Positions 1 through 14,849 are shown, numbered from the stretch's first letter. The stretch: DNA of 64,000 bases from Paragordius varius (GCA_964247055.1 OZ176056.1:8804001-8868000); one strand, 5' to 3'. Notes: a model not told the origin generated them from the letters alone. Made by a program: numbers and translations.

Positions 1-1747
1 ATCCCCAAATCTAACAATCTATTCAATTCATTTTCTACCAATGGTTGCAATGGTAGAGGAACTCTACGGCATGGAAAAGCTTTTGGTTTTGCATCCGGTG
101 TCAAAAAAATTTTGATCGGATTGCCGTTGTAACAACCAAGTTCCTTTGAGAATAGTTTTGGAAATATTTTGGTCAGCTCCATCTTCTCATTAGAATTTAT
201 ATTATTGATTACACCCTTTGGAAAAGGTAGCTTGTACGCTTTTATCCAAGGTAATCCAAAAATTGGATCAAAATTGCTTTTAGTTACGATACATGGTAAC
301 GTTTTCTTTTCATTGTACAACGTCACAGTGACCATAGTTTTCCCTAAGATTGTTATCTTATTATTATCATACGTGGTTATTTGATCGGACCACGTTAACT
401 TAGGGCTACCGATCTGCTTCCATATTTGTTGACTTATGAGACAGCAGTCAGCACCGGTATCGAAAATCATATCTATCATATTATTGTTGATCTTCACTTT
501 CATTTTAGGGGTAGTGCCCGCTTTTATAGATCTAATTTGATCTAAATTTCTCACCAACTTTGTTTTGCACATTGAACTAAAGTGGTTATTTTTGTTGCAA
601 ATGTAGCATGTTTTGCCCCAAGCCGGACACTTGTTTCTCACATGCAGTGATCCACAATTTCGGCAATTTACTTTAGTATCATTATTATCCCGGACATCAT
701 TATTCTTATTGTTTTTATAATTATTATTGTTATAATGGCCCTTGTTAAAACTTCCATGAGGTTTTACATTTCTGGATCTATCCACTTTAAGCTTATTGAT
801 TTGCGAGGGAAGATTATCGGCTTCCTCAAAACTTAAAGCCATATCGACCAGCATTTGTAGTGTCAGTGGTTTGTCATCTAACCTACCGAGCGGATATTTG
901 TGGAGTTCTCTTTCTAATCTGGGTTGATTTAATCCAATCAAAAATATATCCCTGATTTTGTTAAAAATGTCCGAATCAAATCCAGAATTGTCGGCCAAAA
1001 TTCTCAAACGTTCTAAATACGAAAGAATAGATTCATTATCACCACGACGAATACGATAAAATGCACATCTATTCACCCATAGACTTTTGTTAGGGCATAG
1101 ATTTGAACTGCAATTTTATAGGTTTCCGGCCATTCCAAATCTTCGATGGTATCAGGATATAGAATATTTTCAATTTTGTTCAAAATTTTAATACCACCGA
1201 AAGCTAAAAATAATTTTTTTATATTGGAATCCGCGACAGGAATATCCCTGGACGCGAGTACCCTTGCTATGTGCTTGACATAATTTTTGAAATTGTAACA
1301 TTCGTCAAATGGTTCAAGAATATTCGATTTAGAGGATTTTGTGCATTACTAAATGATGTATCTCCGGGATTTTCCATTAGGCAGAATAAATTCTTTTTCT
1401 CGTCGCCTAATAATATCAGTTGGGTATAATTTATTATAACACAATAATGGGAAAACACAGTAATGCAATGGACTTAAAGAAGTTGTTGTTTATATAGGTT
1501 ATATTTAATTCCGAGAAATGTATACGGATCTTATTATATATTTTTATCGTGCATTTACATATACAAATTTCTGAGAATGATGAGTGTGCATTTATAAAAC
1601 AGTCACGTAGTCTAAAACTTGTCACCTAGTATATAACATGTCACGTAAAATATTAATAACAGAAAAGTATTATAAGTATGCATTGAATAGCAACGTAATA
1701 TATAAAATAGAGTTATGTTTTGTTGCATTTTATATAACATCATATTA
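1..1747 (-). mobile_element. Ty3/Gypsy (Mag-like) LTR retrotransposon copy 1, 5' part (5' LTR, PBS, gag, protease, start of RT); runs off left edge
   Basis: Near-identical (few indels) to 18763-20500. LTR at 1411-1747; mutated PBS at about 1396-1408; flanked on the right by AATGT (1748-1752). Confidence 0.92.
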
Positions 1748-4700
1748 AATGTTAAAAACAATTTTCCGAATGTGCCATTCAGTATGGATTTTAAAATGTA
1801 GCTCGAGAATTGATTTGTGTTAAATACATTTGCTTTAAACCAAAAAAAATAAATTACATCATAAGTCAGGGTTATTACTGTATTATATAAGTCTTGAATA
1901 GTCGACCCCCAAATATAATTGTAAAGTTTAGTTGTTGGCTTGAAATAAATGTGTAATCATGCTGTTATTTATATATGTTGTTTAACAATCATATTGAATT
2001 AAATGTTTACCCAATCAAACGGAACGTTTTCCCAGTCCATTAAGTTTTTCCGAACAATCGAAACAATTTGATCGAATTTCCCATTTATTTATAACATTAT
2101 CCCCAAACAGGACAAATAGTTTCTCAATCAATAAAAACGCTTTTACAGATATATAAAACAAGTAGCGTTTAATGATTATAATCCTGAATATAGTATTTGA
2201 CTCCACAACCCTTTTTTGCAATATTTTATTTATGACGAAATGTTGAATAATTCATAAATGTTAGACCTAGCATTTTATTAATGATGTTTTAGTATTAATA
2301 TAATAATGTAAATTATTAAATACTTTCTAAATAATATTTAAAGACAAAGGAAAGGACAATGCGCCCGCTAACAGGAACACTGGTATATTTTTAATTTCAA
2401 ACGTATAATAGCAAAAAGTATATTTTAATATCAGTTGCATTCGTAGGACAAACATAATCAAAAATTAATTAGAAAATTAGAAAGATAATTATGAACAAAA
2501 AATATAAACGATATACCCTTTCGTCAATAGTAATCGCAGACTTCTCAATGTAATATAATTTAGAGTAATAATGTCTTCTAAATAATTTTTTATTTATATA
2601 TTCTCATATATATGGTGCTATTATGAAATGCAACATAATATCAAAATAAGGGCAGTGGTGTCCAAATCCAAAAAATTAATTTTACAGTAAACTTAGATGA
2701 CAATAACGTAAAAGTCACCGTTTATAGAACAAATAACATAAAATACACTTTAAATGGATTGATTATTATAAACCCCCAATCGTAAAGTTTCTTGTTAGGT
2801 GAAACTATCTTTATATGTATAATAATTTTGCAAACATATTTTAAAACCCCGACGATGCAAAGTTTGAAAAATAATTTTTAAATTCTTCAAATAATTAAAT
2901 GTTGATGAATGTCTAATTAACAATATTAAATTTTATATAATATTTTTAATTATTTCAATCTGATGGTTTATTACACTTTACGTTATATATATATATATAT
3001 ATATATATTTGTGAAATCAACCAAAAATTTATTAATTTTCTTATAAAAAGATTAAATTAAAAAAATCTGAACGAAATTCTTTAAAAATAGCAGAAATTCA
3101 TTTTGAGTTATTATTAATTTCCAATTAAGAGATCTCTTAAATTGTATGAAAATTATAAAAATTACATTTATAACCAATTTAGCAATTTAATATAACTAGG
3201 AAATATTAATTATATATTATGTATTTTATAATCTCCAGAAGTAACAAATGATGGAGCTGAGATGGAATCTAAAGAAAGTGGAAAACCAACTACTTTCTCT
3301 ATTATTTATTTGTTTTTCAATTAATTTTTTTGCCAAGATCTTTGATACAAATTTTCTTAGAAAAAAAAGGATTGTAACTAAAATCATCAATAGTTATAGT
3401 GTCTTAAAGCTCATATAATTTTTACTATTTATGATTTGATATATGGTGAGGCACTACATTTTGTTAGTATATTTTAAATCACATTCTAAGTTTAGTAATA
3501 ATTATTGATTGCAATAATGTTATTATTAGCGGTATGGCACTATATCGAAAAAATTTTAGTAGGCTATTTTATATTAATTTTAACATAAAAAAATTATTAA
3601 ACAAATTGGTTTTGTTGTAACTACTTATTATGATATGTCTTTAATTATTTTCTTCTTCAATTTTAACATCCGAATTCGGTGTTTTGTTCAAAAAATGCAA
3701 TATTTAATAGCCTATTTATCTGAATCATGCGTAATAGCTTAATTGCATACTTAGAGGCAAAGGTTATCCTACAGGAAAATTGAAACCTATATTGATATAT
3801 TTTATAATTATAATTATATAAATTTATTCATTTAAAATAATATCTTTCGTGTCAAAAGAAAATAAAATCCAGTGATAATGCAAAAAGTTTCAATTTTTTA
3901 TCAGATATCCTACAGAAAAATTGAAATCTTATGATATAATTTATAATATAATTATATAAATTTAAGACTTTATTTTTCATAATAACTTTAGTGGCAAAAG
4001 AAAAAAAGAGTGAATCGAGTGGACAGCCTGAAGACCGTAACACTCCAATTGGTAGATTTTATATTACATAATGGCAAAAGTAATTATTTAAAAAGATATT
4101 TTTTGATTTAAAGAGGTAGTGCTTTAAGGGGCAAAACGCCGTCCGCATAAGGTTCCCTAACCATTTCTATAGCTTTAACGCAATCAAATAATATTGCTTC
4201 TTTAAAACAATATTTCCGATTTCGTAATTTTGATAAGGAGTAACATCATTGTGTAAGTCATATTTTTAAAATTGAAATATTTTTCAATTTTGCGTATGTA
4301 TAATTTCAAATTTTCTGATTCAAAAGAGCTGGATAATCATTTGTGTTAATTTTATCTGCTCTAAACCCTAAAATCAAACTGGTCAGGTTATACTGTATGA
4401 ATATCTGAAACAATTTAACTAGCTGACTCCCAAATATAGTTGTGAAGTTTAGTTGTTGTTGTTGTTGTTTGCTAAAGTCGATTCCGACTAACTGCAACAT
4501 TGAAAATAAAGCTTCTCCATTCACTGAGATTTCCGGTTTTGGTGTTTAGTTCGGATAATGATTGGTTGGTTTTTTTGAGGATGTTAATCATCCAACGAAC
4601 TTTCCCCAGCATCAGTGATTTTTCAAGTGAGCTGGATCTCATAATGTGCCCGAAGAAGGAGAGTTTTTGCCGTGTTATGCTGCCAAGAAGTGACATTTCT

Positions 4701-7700
4701 GGGTTAATTTTATTTAGAATAGTGGTGTTTGAAACTTTGTCTGTCCATTTTGTTTGAAGAAGTTTTATCCAAACCCATAATTCGAAAGAGTTTATTAGAC
4801 GTTCATCATATTTTTTCAGTGTCCAGCTTTCCCCCCCATACATGAATGTGGGGAAAACTGTAGCTTTGATTAATCTGATTTTGGTTTGTAGTTTAATGTC
4901 ATGTGACATCCAAATCCTGTTATATTTAAAAGTTACTGCTTTAGCAATATCAATTCTTCGCTTTATTTCAGGCGTAGAGTTGTTCTCATTATTAATAATG
5001 CTACCTAAGTACGTGTAGCTGCTAACTGTTTCGATCTGGTTGCCGTTGAGGATTATTGGATTGGTTTGAGCAGGATTTATTTGCATGACTTTTGTTTTTT
5101 GAAATTGATATTTAATCCAAATTTATTGCATTCAGTTGTAAACACTTGCAAGGCTTGCGATAATGTGTCTACACTGTCTGCGAATATGACTGTATCATCC
5201 GCGTAGTGAACGGATGTAAGTATTCTTACCTACGTTGATGCCGTAAGTTTGTGGGATATTTATTATAATGCACTCCAGGTATGCGTTAAAAAGAATTGGT
5301 GATAAAACGCATCCTTGACGGAGGCCGACTTGTACCTTACATGAGTCAGATATACCGTGAGGTGTAGATACTACAGCCGTGGAATTTGAATAAATTGAAA
5401 ATATGATGTTGATTAAATGTGTTGACACTCCGAGTTGTTTTAGAGCTTTCCGTAGTTTATTGTGCTGGATGGAATCAAATGCTTTGGAAAAATCGACAAA
5501 GCACATATGCAATTCTTTGTTAAATTCGATGTGTTTCTCGATTATCCACCTCATGTTACATATCATATCTCGGCATCCTCTACCTTTTCGAAAACCAGCC
5601 TGAATCGTGGATATCTCGGGGTCAAGAATGGAATTTAGACGAAACTGTATTATTTTTAGAAAAACTTTGGACACCTGGTTTATGAGCGCTATAGTGCGAT
5701 AGTTGTCACACAGTTCTGGGTTACCCTTTTCTAAAATCGGAATCATAATGGATGTGCACCAATCCTCAGGAATTTTTTCCATCTCAAATATGGTTTGAAA
5801 TAATTTGGTGAGTATATCGATTGGAATGTATTTTATTATTTCAGTAGGGATGTCTCTGTGGCCCTCTGATTTGCCGGTGCTAGAGTGTTTTATCGCAAGT
5901 TCCACTTCTTCTTTCATAATAGGTGGTTCTTTTTGTTGAGTAAGTTCGCTAATAGTCGGGGGGTTATTTACATTGTATAGTTTGTTTATATGTTTGTGCC
6001 ATAGTTTGCGAATTTCGTCTTTTTTAGTGACGATTGAGTTGTTGTCGTTTCTCATAGGTCCCTTATAAAAAACTTTTTTATGTTGAATAATATTGTTTAC
6101 ATGGGCAAAGAGTTTTTGTTATTTTTGGCGTCTGTTTCTAATTTTTCACATAGTTGGTCATAATACTTATTTGTGTCCTCTCTTGCACTCTTCTGAAATT
6201 GCCTGTTTAGTTGTTTGTATTCATCCCATTTGCATTTGATTTTGGATTCTCTACGTTTTTCTGCGATCTCGAGACTTTTGGTTGACAGTTTTATTTTTTG
6301 TTTATTGCGTTTGAGAGGCCGAATGAATTCGTCGGCTAGGTCTTTGCAGATTGTATATATATCGTTCCAAAAGAAGTTTATATCCTGATAGTTTTCGGAA
6401 TTATGATCAAGACAATCGAAACGATTTGATAAAGCGGTGCTAAACTTGTCGTCGATTGTATCATAATCTAATCTTGTTCTTGTGGGTTTGGATGTTTTAG
6501 GAAGTTGTAATTTAATTCGGAGTTTGGCGATCAATAGGTTGTGGTCGCTGTAGCAATCCGATCCTGGTAGGCATTTGACATTATGAAATGAACTTTTGTA
6601 TTTTACCATACCTAATATGAAGTCAATCTGGTTACATTATCTTTGACACGGGGAACGCCATGTGTATAGACGTCGTTTGGGCTGTTTAAAAAAGCTGTTT
6701 GCGGCGAAGAAACGATGGTTAGCACGAAATTCAATCAATCTGTCTCCTCTCTCGTTTTTTATGCCCAAGCCCAGCCGCCCGTCATAGGAGGTGTTTTGTC
6801 TGTTCCGATGATTGAGTTAAAATCGCCTAAGATAAATATGATATCCTTTTTTGAAATTTGGGAAATCGCCAAGTCGAGATTGCTATAAAATTTTTCACAG
6901 TCGTCATCGCTGTAAGAGGAGGTAGGTGCGTAAATTTGGAGGATAGTAATGGGTTGAGGGGTTGTTTGTATGCGGATTGCAATAATACGATCATTGATTA
7001 GACTAAAAATGTCAGATAAGTTAGCTAGTTTTTTGTTCATTATTATGCCGACACCGTTGTATTTTGACGAGTCGTGGCCGGAATAATACAAAATATGATT
7101 GTCAAATTCTAAGGTTCCGGTAGAGGGGATGTGTGATTCTGAAATTTGTAGTATGTCAATTTTATGCTTAGTCATTTCGTTAACGCCAATATCTAGTTTG
7201 TGGTTTTTGTAGGCTCCGCGTAAGTCCCATGTGGCGATGCGGATGCTGAGATTACGTGATTTCAACATTAGCAAAATGTGCTTAGAATGGGAGAATGTGA
7301 ATCGGAAATATGTTATGGATATGTAAGGATTAGGATCTAACTATTTCTAATATTCGGAGAAGGTATAAAATCAATGTTTTTGGTAAAAAAGATCGATAAG
7401 AGATGGGTAGGTATACCATACCTTTCCCACTCGATTAAAAGCATGTGTTTACATGCGTGTACCCTTGAAAAAAATGTGTAATTCGATTAAATATGCAATT
7501 TATGCAGGTCAACTCACATTATTGTTGGCCAATTCCTTTTACATCAATGTATGAATAACCTTAATTTTGTAAAAAATGTTTTTTAATGCAATCCGAAGGA
7601 CATTCATTAAATTTTAACAGAATGATTGTTATTTCACATTTATTATTAAGAGAATTGGCTAACATTTGTTAGCTGGTATACAAATGTGCATTAATTGTCT

Positions 7701-10375
7701 AATTATTTTTAACCTTTGATTTATGTTATTTTGAAATTTATCTTTAGTTAATTTCGATAAACTTTCATCACACACTAAAACATTGGTCGGCAATTTAAGA
7801 GGGCCATTCTCAAAATTTAAAAACTTGGCTGTCCGCACATTAATGTTCCATTTAATCAATACATTATTTCATATTTACAAGTCGTATTGAAACCTGTTGC
7901 TGTTTTAGGAAGCGATTCATTTTGAAATTAAAGCCCGGTTCTAATTCCATTTTTTACGACCGGTTCGAAGCCCTGTTATTATAATATCAAAAAACCATAT
8001 TGTCATAAAAAATAATTTATTCTGACTAAACAAATGTCAAAATTTATTTATCCGAATTCCGAAAAAATAACTTTTAGCAATTAATTTATATTTAAGCAGT
8101 TTCCCCGCTGCTATTCCTATATGGGCCCGTATTCTACGCATATGTTGACAATTTGTTTGTATCAACGAATATGTGAGCATGCAGACAAGCGAAATAGAGA
8201 AAGCTTCACTTAACAAGCTGTCCCAATGAATTAGGAATTTAGTCTTCATAGTAGGATAGGTTTAAATATATGTTTAGGAATCTAAGTGAGGCGCCAGGTG
8301 AAAAGATAACTTCAAACGATTTTTTTTTGGGAAAGGTTGGCCAGTATTTAAAGCTTAGAGGGGCCCACAATTTATAGTTATGCCACTGTGTGAGGCTATA
8401 TACCTGCACAACCCTTTCTGCAATATATTCTTATAAATATTAGACCTTGCATTTTATTAATGATGTTTAAGTATTAATATAACAATGTAAAATATTAACT
8501 ACTTTACTCTAAATAATATTTAGAGACGAAGAAAACATGGACAATGCTCCTGCTAATAATACTAATATAATTGGCATATTTTTTTTCGTATAATAGCTAA
8601 AAGTTATATTTCTTATATCAATGGTTAAATATAATTTTGAGTAACATTATGTAATTATTTTTATTTATATTATCATATTTATGGTCTTATTCTGAAATGT
8701 AACATAACACCAAAATAAGGGCAGTGGTGCCCAAATTCAAAAAATTATTTTACAGTAAACTTAGATGACATGAACTTAAAAGTCACCGCTTATAAAACAA
8801 ACATAAGATTCTCTTTAAATGGATTGATAATTATAAACCCCCAAATGTAAAGTTTGCTTGTTAGGTGAAATTGTAACTATCTTTTTGAGTAGAAATAATT
8901 TTGCAAACATATTATTAAATTCCGATGGGGCCAAGTTTGAAAAATGATTTATAAATTCTTTAAACAATTAAACTTTGATGAAAGTCCGATTATATTGCAA
9001 AAATTAAATTTAATTAAATTATTTTAATCTGATGGATTATTACACTTTATTTTATATATTATATGAAAGCTTTTTCAACAAAAGTAGCCAAATTATTAAA
9101 TTTAATAATGTGAATTATTTATCTGATGTTCACCACTTTACTTACTTGTTGTAAAAAATTATATCAAATTATTTAAAAATAGCCGATTGCTAAAAATCAT
9201 TATTTTGAGATTATATATTTTCCGATTAAGAGATATAATGGGTTGTCTCTAAATTATAACTACATTAATGATCAATTTAGCAATATATACATAGATATAG
9301 CAATTATATAGTATGTTTTTTAAAATACCCAGAAGTAGCAAATAATGGATCTGGGATGGAAGCTAATAAAAGTGGAAAATCAAATAAAATGGCTGGTATT
9401 TATTTTTAATTGATTTTGCCAAGATTTTGGATTCTCAATAAATTTTCTTTAAAAAGGATTGCTAAAATCAACAGTAATTACAGTGACTTAAAGGTCACTA
9501 TTTATGATTTGAGAAATGTTGAGGCACTAAATTTACTTAATATACATTGAATTCAACAGATTCTAAGAACTAATACTTTAGAGTTTTTTAAGAAGTTATT
9601 CGAAAATACATATTTGATTATTGATGGCGCAATAATGTCAAAATTCGTTTGAATCATTAGCGGTGTGGCAATATGAAAAAATTTCAGTAGGCTATTTTAA
9701 TTTTATTGTAAAAGGACATTTATACAAATTGGTTTTTTTGTAAAATATTTTTTTGTTTTGTCTTTAATTATTTTCTTCTTAAATTTTAACATGGATTCGG
9801 TGTTTTGTTCAAAAAAGTATACAAATTATACAAGAATCTTTAACGGCCTATTTATCTCAATCATGCGTAATTGCTTATTTGTATACTTAGAGGTAATGGG
9901 CATCCTACAGAAAAATTGAAACCTCATAGATATATTTCATAAATATAATTATATAAATTTAAGACCTTATTTAAAATAAAATTAGTGTCAAAAGAAAATA
10001 AGAGTGAATCCAGTGGTGAGCTCGAATTCCATAACTCTACAACTTATAGATTATATATTTTACATAATGGAAAAAAGTTTTAATTTTTTTTCAGTGGTTT
10101 TTTTATATATTTTAATGTAAAAACAACTTTTTTTAAGTTATCTTTTAAATTTATTTTCACATTTATGGGGATATTATTTTAATGCATGGTATCACAATTA
10201 AGGTAGTGCTCTAAACAGGGGTGTTAAAAACGCTATCATCCGCATGCGGTCCACTAACCATTTCTATAGCCTTGATGCAATCAAATAATATTGCATTCCT
10301 AAACATATTTTCCGATTTCGGAGTTTTGATAAAAACTAACATAATTGTGTAATTAAATAATAGTTTAACAGTCAT
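1748..10375. repeat. Tandem segmental block, copy 1 (contains two older diverged sub-units starting about 2258 and 8441, plus the RTE insertion)
   Basis: 1748-3560 matches 10376-12244 and 8057-10375 matches 12245-14849 at high identity. Sub-units 2258-4450 and 8441-10600 are recognisably homologous but more diverged. Confidence 0.9.
4453..7440 (-). mobile_element. RTE-clade LINE, near full length, decayed (APE endonuclease + RT, frameshifts and stops)
   Basis: APE motifs (IATWDLRG, QIYAPT, ILGDFNS) in 6759-7274; GFRKGRGC and GLRQGCVLSPILFN in 5195-6055; YADD at about 5194-5205 in a shifted frame; C-terminus WRSFIFNVAVSRNRL; (CAA)5 tail at 4453-4469. 5' boundary approximate. Confidence 0.93.
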
Positions 10376-11629
10376 AATGTTAAAAACAATTTTCCGAATG
10401 TGCCATTCAGTATGGATCCTAAAATGTAGCTCGAGAATTGATTTGTGTTAAATACATTGGTTTTAAACCAAAAAAAATAAATTACATCATAAGTCAGGGT
10501 TATTATTCTCCTGTTATATATCTGGAAAAAGTTATATATATAAGTCTTGAATAGTCGTTCCCCAAATATAATTGTAAAGTTTAGTTGTTGGCTTGAAATA
10601 AATGTGTAATCATGCTGTTATTTATATATGTTGTTTAACAATCATATTGAATTAAATGTTTACCCAATCAAACGGAACGTCTTCCCAGTCCATTAAGTTT
10701 TTCCGAACAATCGAAACAATTTGATCGAATTTCCCATTTATTTATAACATTATTCCCAAACAGGACAAATATTTTCTCAATCAATAAAAACGCTTTTATA
10801 GATTTATAAAACAAGTAGCGTTTAATGATTATAAGGCTGAATATAGTTTTTGACTCCACAACCCTTTTTTGCAATATTTTATTTATGACGAAATGTTGAA
10901 TAATTCATAAATATTAGACCTAGCATTTTATTAATAATGTTTTAGTATTAATATAATAATGTAATTATTAAATACTTTCTAAATAATATTTAAAGACAAA
11001 GGAAAGGACAATGCGCCCGCTAACAGGAACACTGGTATATTTTTAATTTCAAACGTATAATAGCAAAAAGTATATTTTAATATCAGTTGCATGCGTAGGA
11101 CAATTATAATCTAAAATTTATTAGAAAATTAGAAAGATAATTATGAACAAAAAATATAAACGATATACCCTTTCGTCAATAGTAATCGCAGACTTCTCAA
11201 TGTAATATAATTTAGAGTAATAATGTCTTTTAAATAATTTTTTATTTATATATTCTCATATATATGGTGATATTATGAAATGCAACATAATATCAAAATA
11301 AGGGCAGTGGTGTCCAAATCCAAAAAATTAATTTTACAGTAAACTTAGATGACAATAACGTAAAAGTCATCGTTTATAGAACAAATAACATAAAATATCT
11401 TTAAATGGATTGATTATTATAAACCCCCAATCGTAAAGTTTCTTGTTAGGTGAAACTATTTATATGTATAATAATTTTGCAAACATATTTTAAAACCCCG
11501 ACGATGCAAAGTTTGAAAAATAATTTTTAAATTCTTCAAATAATTAAATGTTGATGAATGTCTAATTAACAATATTAAATTTTATATAATATTTTTAATT
11601 ATTTCAATCTGATGGTTTATTACACTTTA

Positions 11630-11669
<40 letters not shown>

Positions 11670-14600
11670 GAAATCAACCAAAAATTTATTAATTTTCTTA
11701 TAAAAATATTAAATTAATTAAGAACAATCTGATTGTCCTGACATTTGTTAATTGCTGTTAAAGCAAACGAAATTCTTCGAAAATAGCAGAAAATCATTTT
11801 GAGTTATTTAATATTTTCCAATTAAGAGATCTAGTTATAAAAATTACATTTATAACCGATTTAGCAATTTAATATAACTAGGAAATATTAATTATATATT
11901 ATGTATTTTAAAATCTCCAGAAGTAACAAATGATGGAGCTGAGATGGAATCTAAAGAAAGTGGAAAACCAACTACTTTCTCTATTATTTATTTGTTTTTC
12001 AATTAATTTTTTTGCCAAGATCTTCGATACAAATTTTCTTAGAAAAAAAAGGATTGTAACTAAAATCATCAATAGTTATAGTGTCTTAAAGCTCATATAA
12101 TTTTTACTATTTATGATTTGATATATGGTGAGGCGCTACATTTTGTTAGTATATTTTAAATCACATTCTAAGTTTAGTAATAATTATTGAATGCAATAAT
12201 GTTATTATTAGCGGTATGGCACTATATCGAAAAAATTTTAGTAGATTCCGAAAAAATAACTTTTAGCAATTAATTTATATTTAAGCAGTTTCCCCGCTGC
12301 TATTCCTAGATGGGCCCGTATTCTACGCATATGTTGACAATGTGTTTATATCAACGAATATAGCGAATTAAAGAAAGCTTCACTTAACAAGCTGTCCCAT
12401 TTATGAATTAGGAATTTAGTCTTCGTAGTAGGATAGGTTTAAATATATGTTTAGGAATCTAAGTGAGACGCCAGGTGAAAAGATAACTTCAAACGATTTT
12501 TTTTGGGGAAAGGTTGGCCAGTATTTAAAGCTTGGAGGGGCGCACAATTTATAGTTCCGCCACTGTGTGAGGCTATATAACTGCACAACCCTTTCTGCAA
12601 TATATTCTTATAAATATTAGACCTTGCATTTTATTAATGATGTTTTAGTATTAATATAACAATGCAAACTATTTAATACTTTACTCTAAATAATATTTAA
12701 AGACGAAGAAAACAATGTTCCTGCTAATAATATTAATATTGGTATATTTTTTTTCATATAATAGCTAAAAGTTATATTTCTTATATCAATGGTTAAATAT
12801 AATTTTGAGTAATAATTTTAAAATATTAACTACTTTATTCTAAATAATATTTAAAGACGAAGAAAACAATGTTCCTGCTAATAATATTAATATTGGTATA
12901 TTTTTTTTCATATAATAGCTAAAAGTTATATTTCTTATATCAATGGTTAAATATAATATATTAACTACTTTACTCTAAATAATATTTAAAGACGAAGAAA
13001 ACAATGTTCCTGCTAATAATACTAATATAATTGGTATATTTTTTTTTCGTATAATAGCTAAAAGTTATATTTCTTATATCAATGGTTAAATATAATTTTG
13101 AGTAACATTATGTAATTAATTTTTTATTTATATTATCATATTTATGGTCTTATTCTGAAATGTAACATAACACCAAAATAAGGGCAGTGGTGGCCAAATC
13201 CAAAAAATTATTTTACAGTAAACTTAGATGACAGAACTTAAAAGTCACCGCTTATAAAACAAACATAAGATTCTCTTTAAATGGATTGATAATTATAAAG
13301 CCCCAAATGTAAAGTTTGCTTGTTAGGTGAAATTGTAACTATCTTTTTATGTAGAAATAATTTTGCAAACATATTATTAAATTCCGATGGGGCCAAGTAT
13401 GGAAAATTTTTTTTAAATTCGTTAAATAATTAAATTTTGATGAAAGTCCGATTATATTCAAAAAATTAAATTTAATTAAATTATTTCAATCTGATGGATT
13501 ATTACACTTTATTTTATATATTATATGAAAGCTTTTTCAACAAAAGTAGCCAAATTATTAAATTTAAAAATGTGAATTATTTATCTGATGTTCACCACTT
13601 TACTTACTTGTTGTAAAAAATTATATCAAATTATTTAAAAATAGCCGATTGCTAAAAATCATTATTTTGAGATTATATATTTTCCGATTAAGAGATATAG
13701 TGGGTTGTCTCTATATTATAATAACTATGATCAATTTAGCAATATATATTAACTTAGATATAGCAATTATATAGTATGTATTTTAAAATATCCAGAAGTA
13801 GCAAATAATGGATCTGGGATGGAAGCTAAAGAAAGTGAAAAATCAAATACTATGGCTGGGATATAGTTTTAATTGATTTTGCCAAGATTTTGGATTCTCA
13901 ATAAATTTTCTTTAAAAAGGATTGCAACTAAAATCATCAGTAATTACAGTGACTTAAAGGTCACTATTTATGATTTGAGAAATGTTGAGGCACTAAATTT
14001 ACTTAATATACATTGAATTCAACAGATTCTAAGAACTAATACTTTAGAGTTTTTTAAGAAGTTATTCGCCAAAATACATATTTGCTTATTGATGGCGCAA
14101 TAATGTCAAAATTCGTTTGAATCATTAGCGGTGTGGCACTATGAAAAAATTTCAGTAGGCTATTTTAATTTTATCGTAAAAGGATATTTATACAAATTGG
14201 TTTTTTTGTAAAATATCTTTTTGTTTTGTCTTAATTAATTTCTTCTTAAATTTTAACATGCTGGATTCGGTGTTTTGTTCAAAAAAGTATACAAATTATA
14301 CAAGAATCTTTAACGGCCTATTTATCTCAATCATGCGTAATTGCTTAATTGTATACTTAGAGGTAATGGGCATCCTACAGAAAAATTGAAACCTCATAGA
14401 TATATTTCATAAATATAATTATATAAATTTAAGACCTTATTTAAAATAAAATTAGTGTCAAAAGAAAATAAGAGTGAATCCAGTGGTGAGCTCGAATTCC
14501 ATAACTCTACAACTTATAGATTATATATTTTACATAATGGAAAAAAGTTTTAATTTTTTTTCAGTGGTTTTTTAATATATTTTAATGTAAAAACAACTTT

Positions 14601-14849
14601 TTTAAGTTATCTTTTAAATTTATTTTCACATTTATGGGGATATTATTTTAATGCATGGTATCACAATTAAGGTAGTGATCTACACAGAGGTGTTAAAAAC
14701 GCTATCATCCGCATGCGGTCCACTAACCATTTCTATAGCCTTGATGCAATCAAATAATATTGCATTCCTAAACATATTTTCCGATTTCGGAGTTTTGATA
14801 AGAACTAACATAATTGTGTAATTAAATAATAGTTTAACAGTCATAATGT
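10376..14849. repeat. Tandem segmental block, copy 2 (lacks the 3560-8056 segment including the RTE; has a local exon triplication)
   Basis: Direct junction at 12244/12245 joins sequence equal to 3560 with sequence equal to 8057. A roughly 150 bp unit is triplicated at 12640-13090. Confidence 0.9.

Larger units (their letters stand above)
2344..14849 (+). pseudogene. Candidate multi-copy micro-exon gene (partly decayed), product unknown
   Basis: AG/GT-bounded islands with lengths or indels in multiples of 3: 2344-2382, 2799-2816, 3992-4051, 8526-8573, 8865-8888, 9333-9395, 12703-12741, 12857-12895, 12992-13033. Several paralogous copies have dead splice sites. No start codon or full model could be built. 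Confidence 0.45.

Noticed and set aside
2782-2798. Possible 17-18 nt intron (GTAAAG...TTAG; also 8847-8864)
   Set aside because: Splicing it gives an immediate TGA, just as the unspliced form gives TAA. There is no evidence it is removed, and it is shorter than any homology-supported intron here.
7380-7445. Possible HDV-like ribozyme at the RTE 5' end
   Set aside because: Only a small hairpin is visible; the nested double-pseudoknot pattern could not be fitted.
2015-10874. Duplicated minus-strand ORF MQKRVVES... (2015-2221, 10668-10874)
   Set aside because: Conserved only because the block is recently duplicated; no domain signal, and splice-like signals here are on the plus strand.
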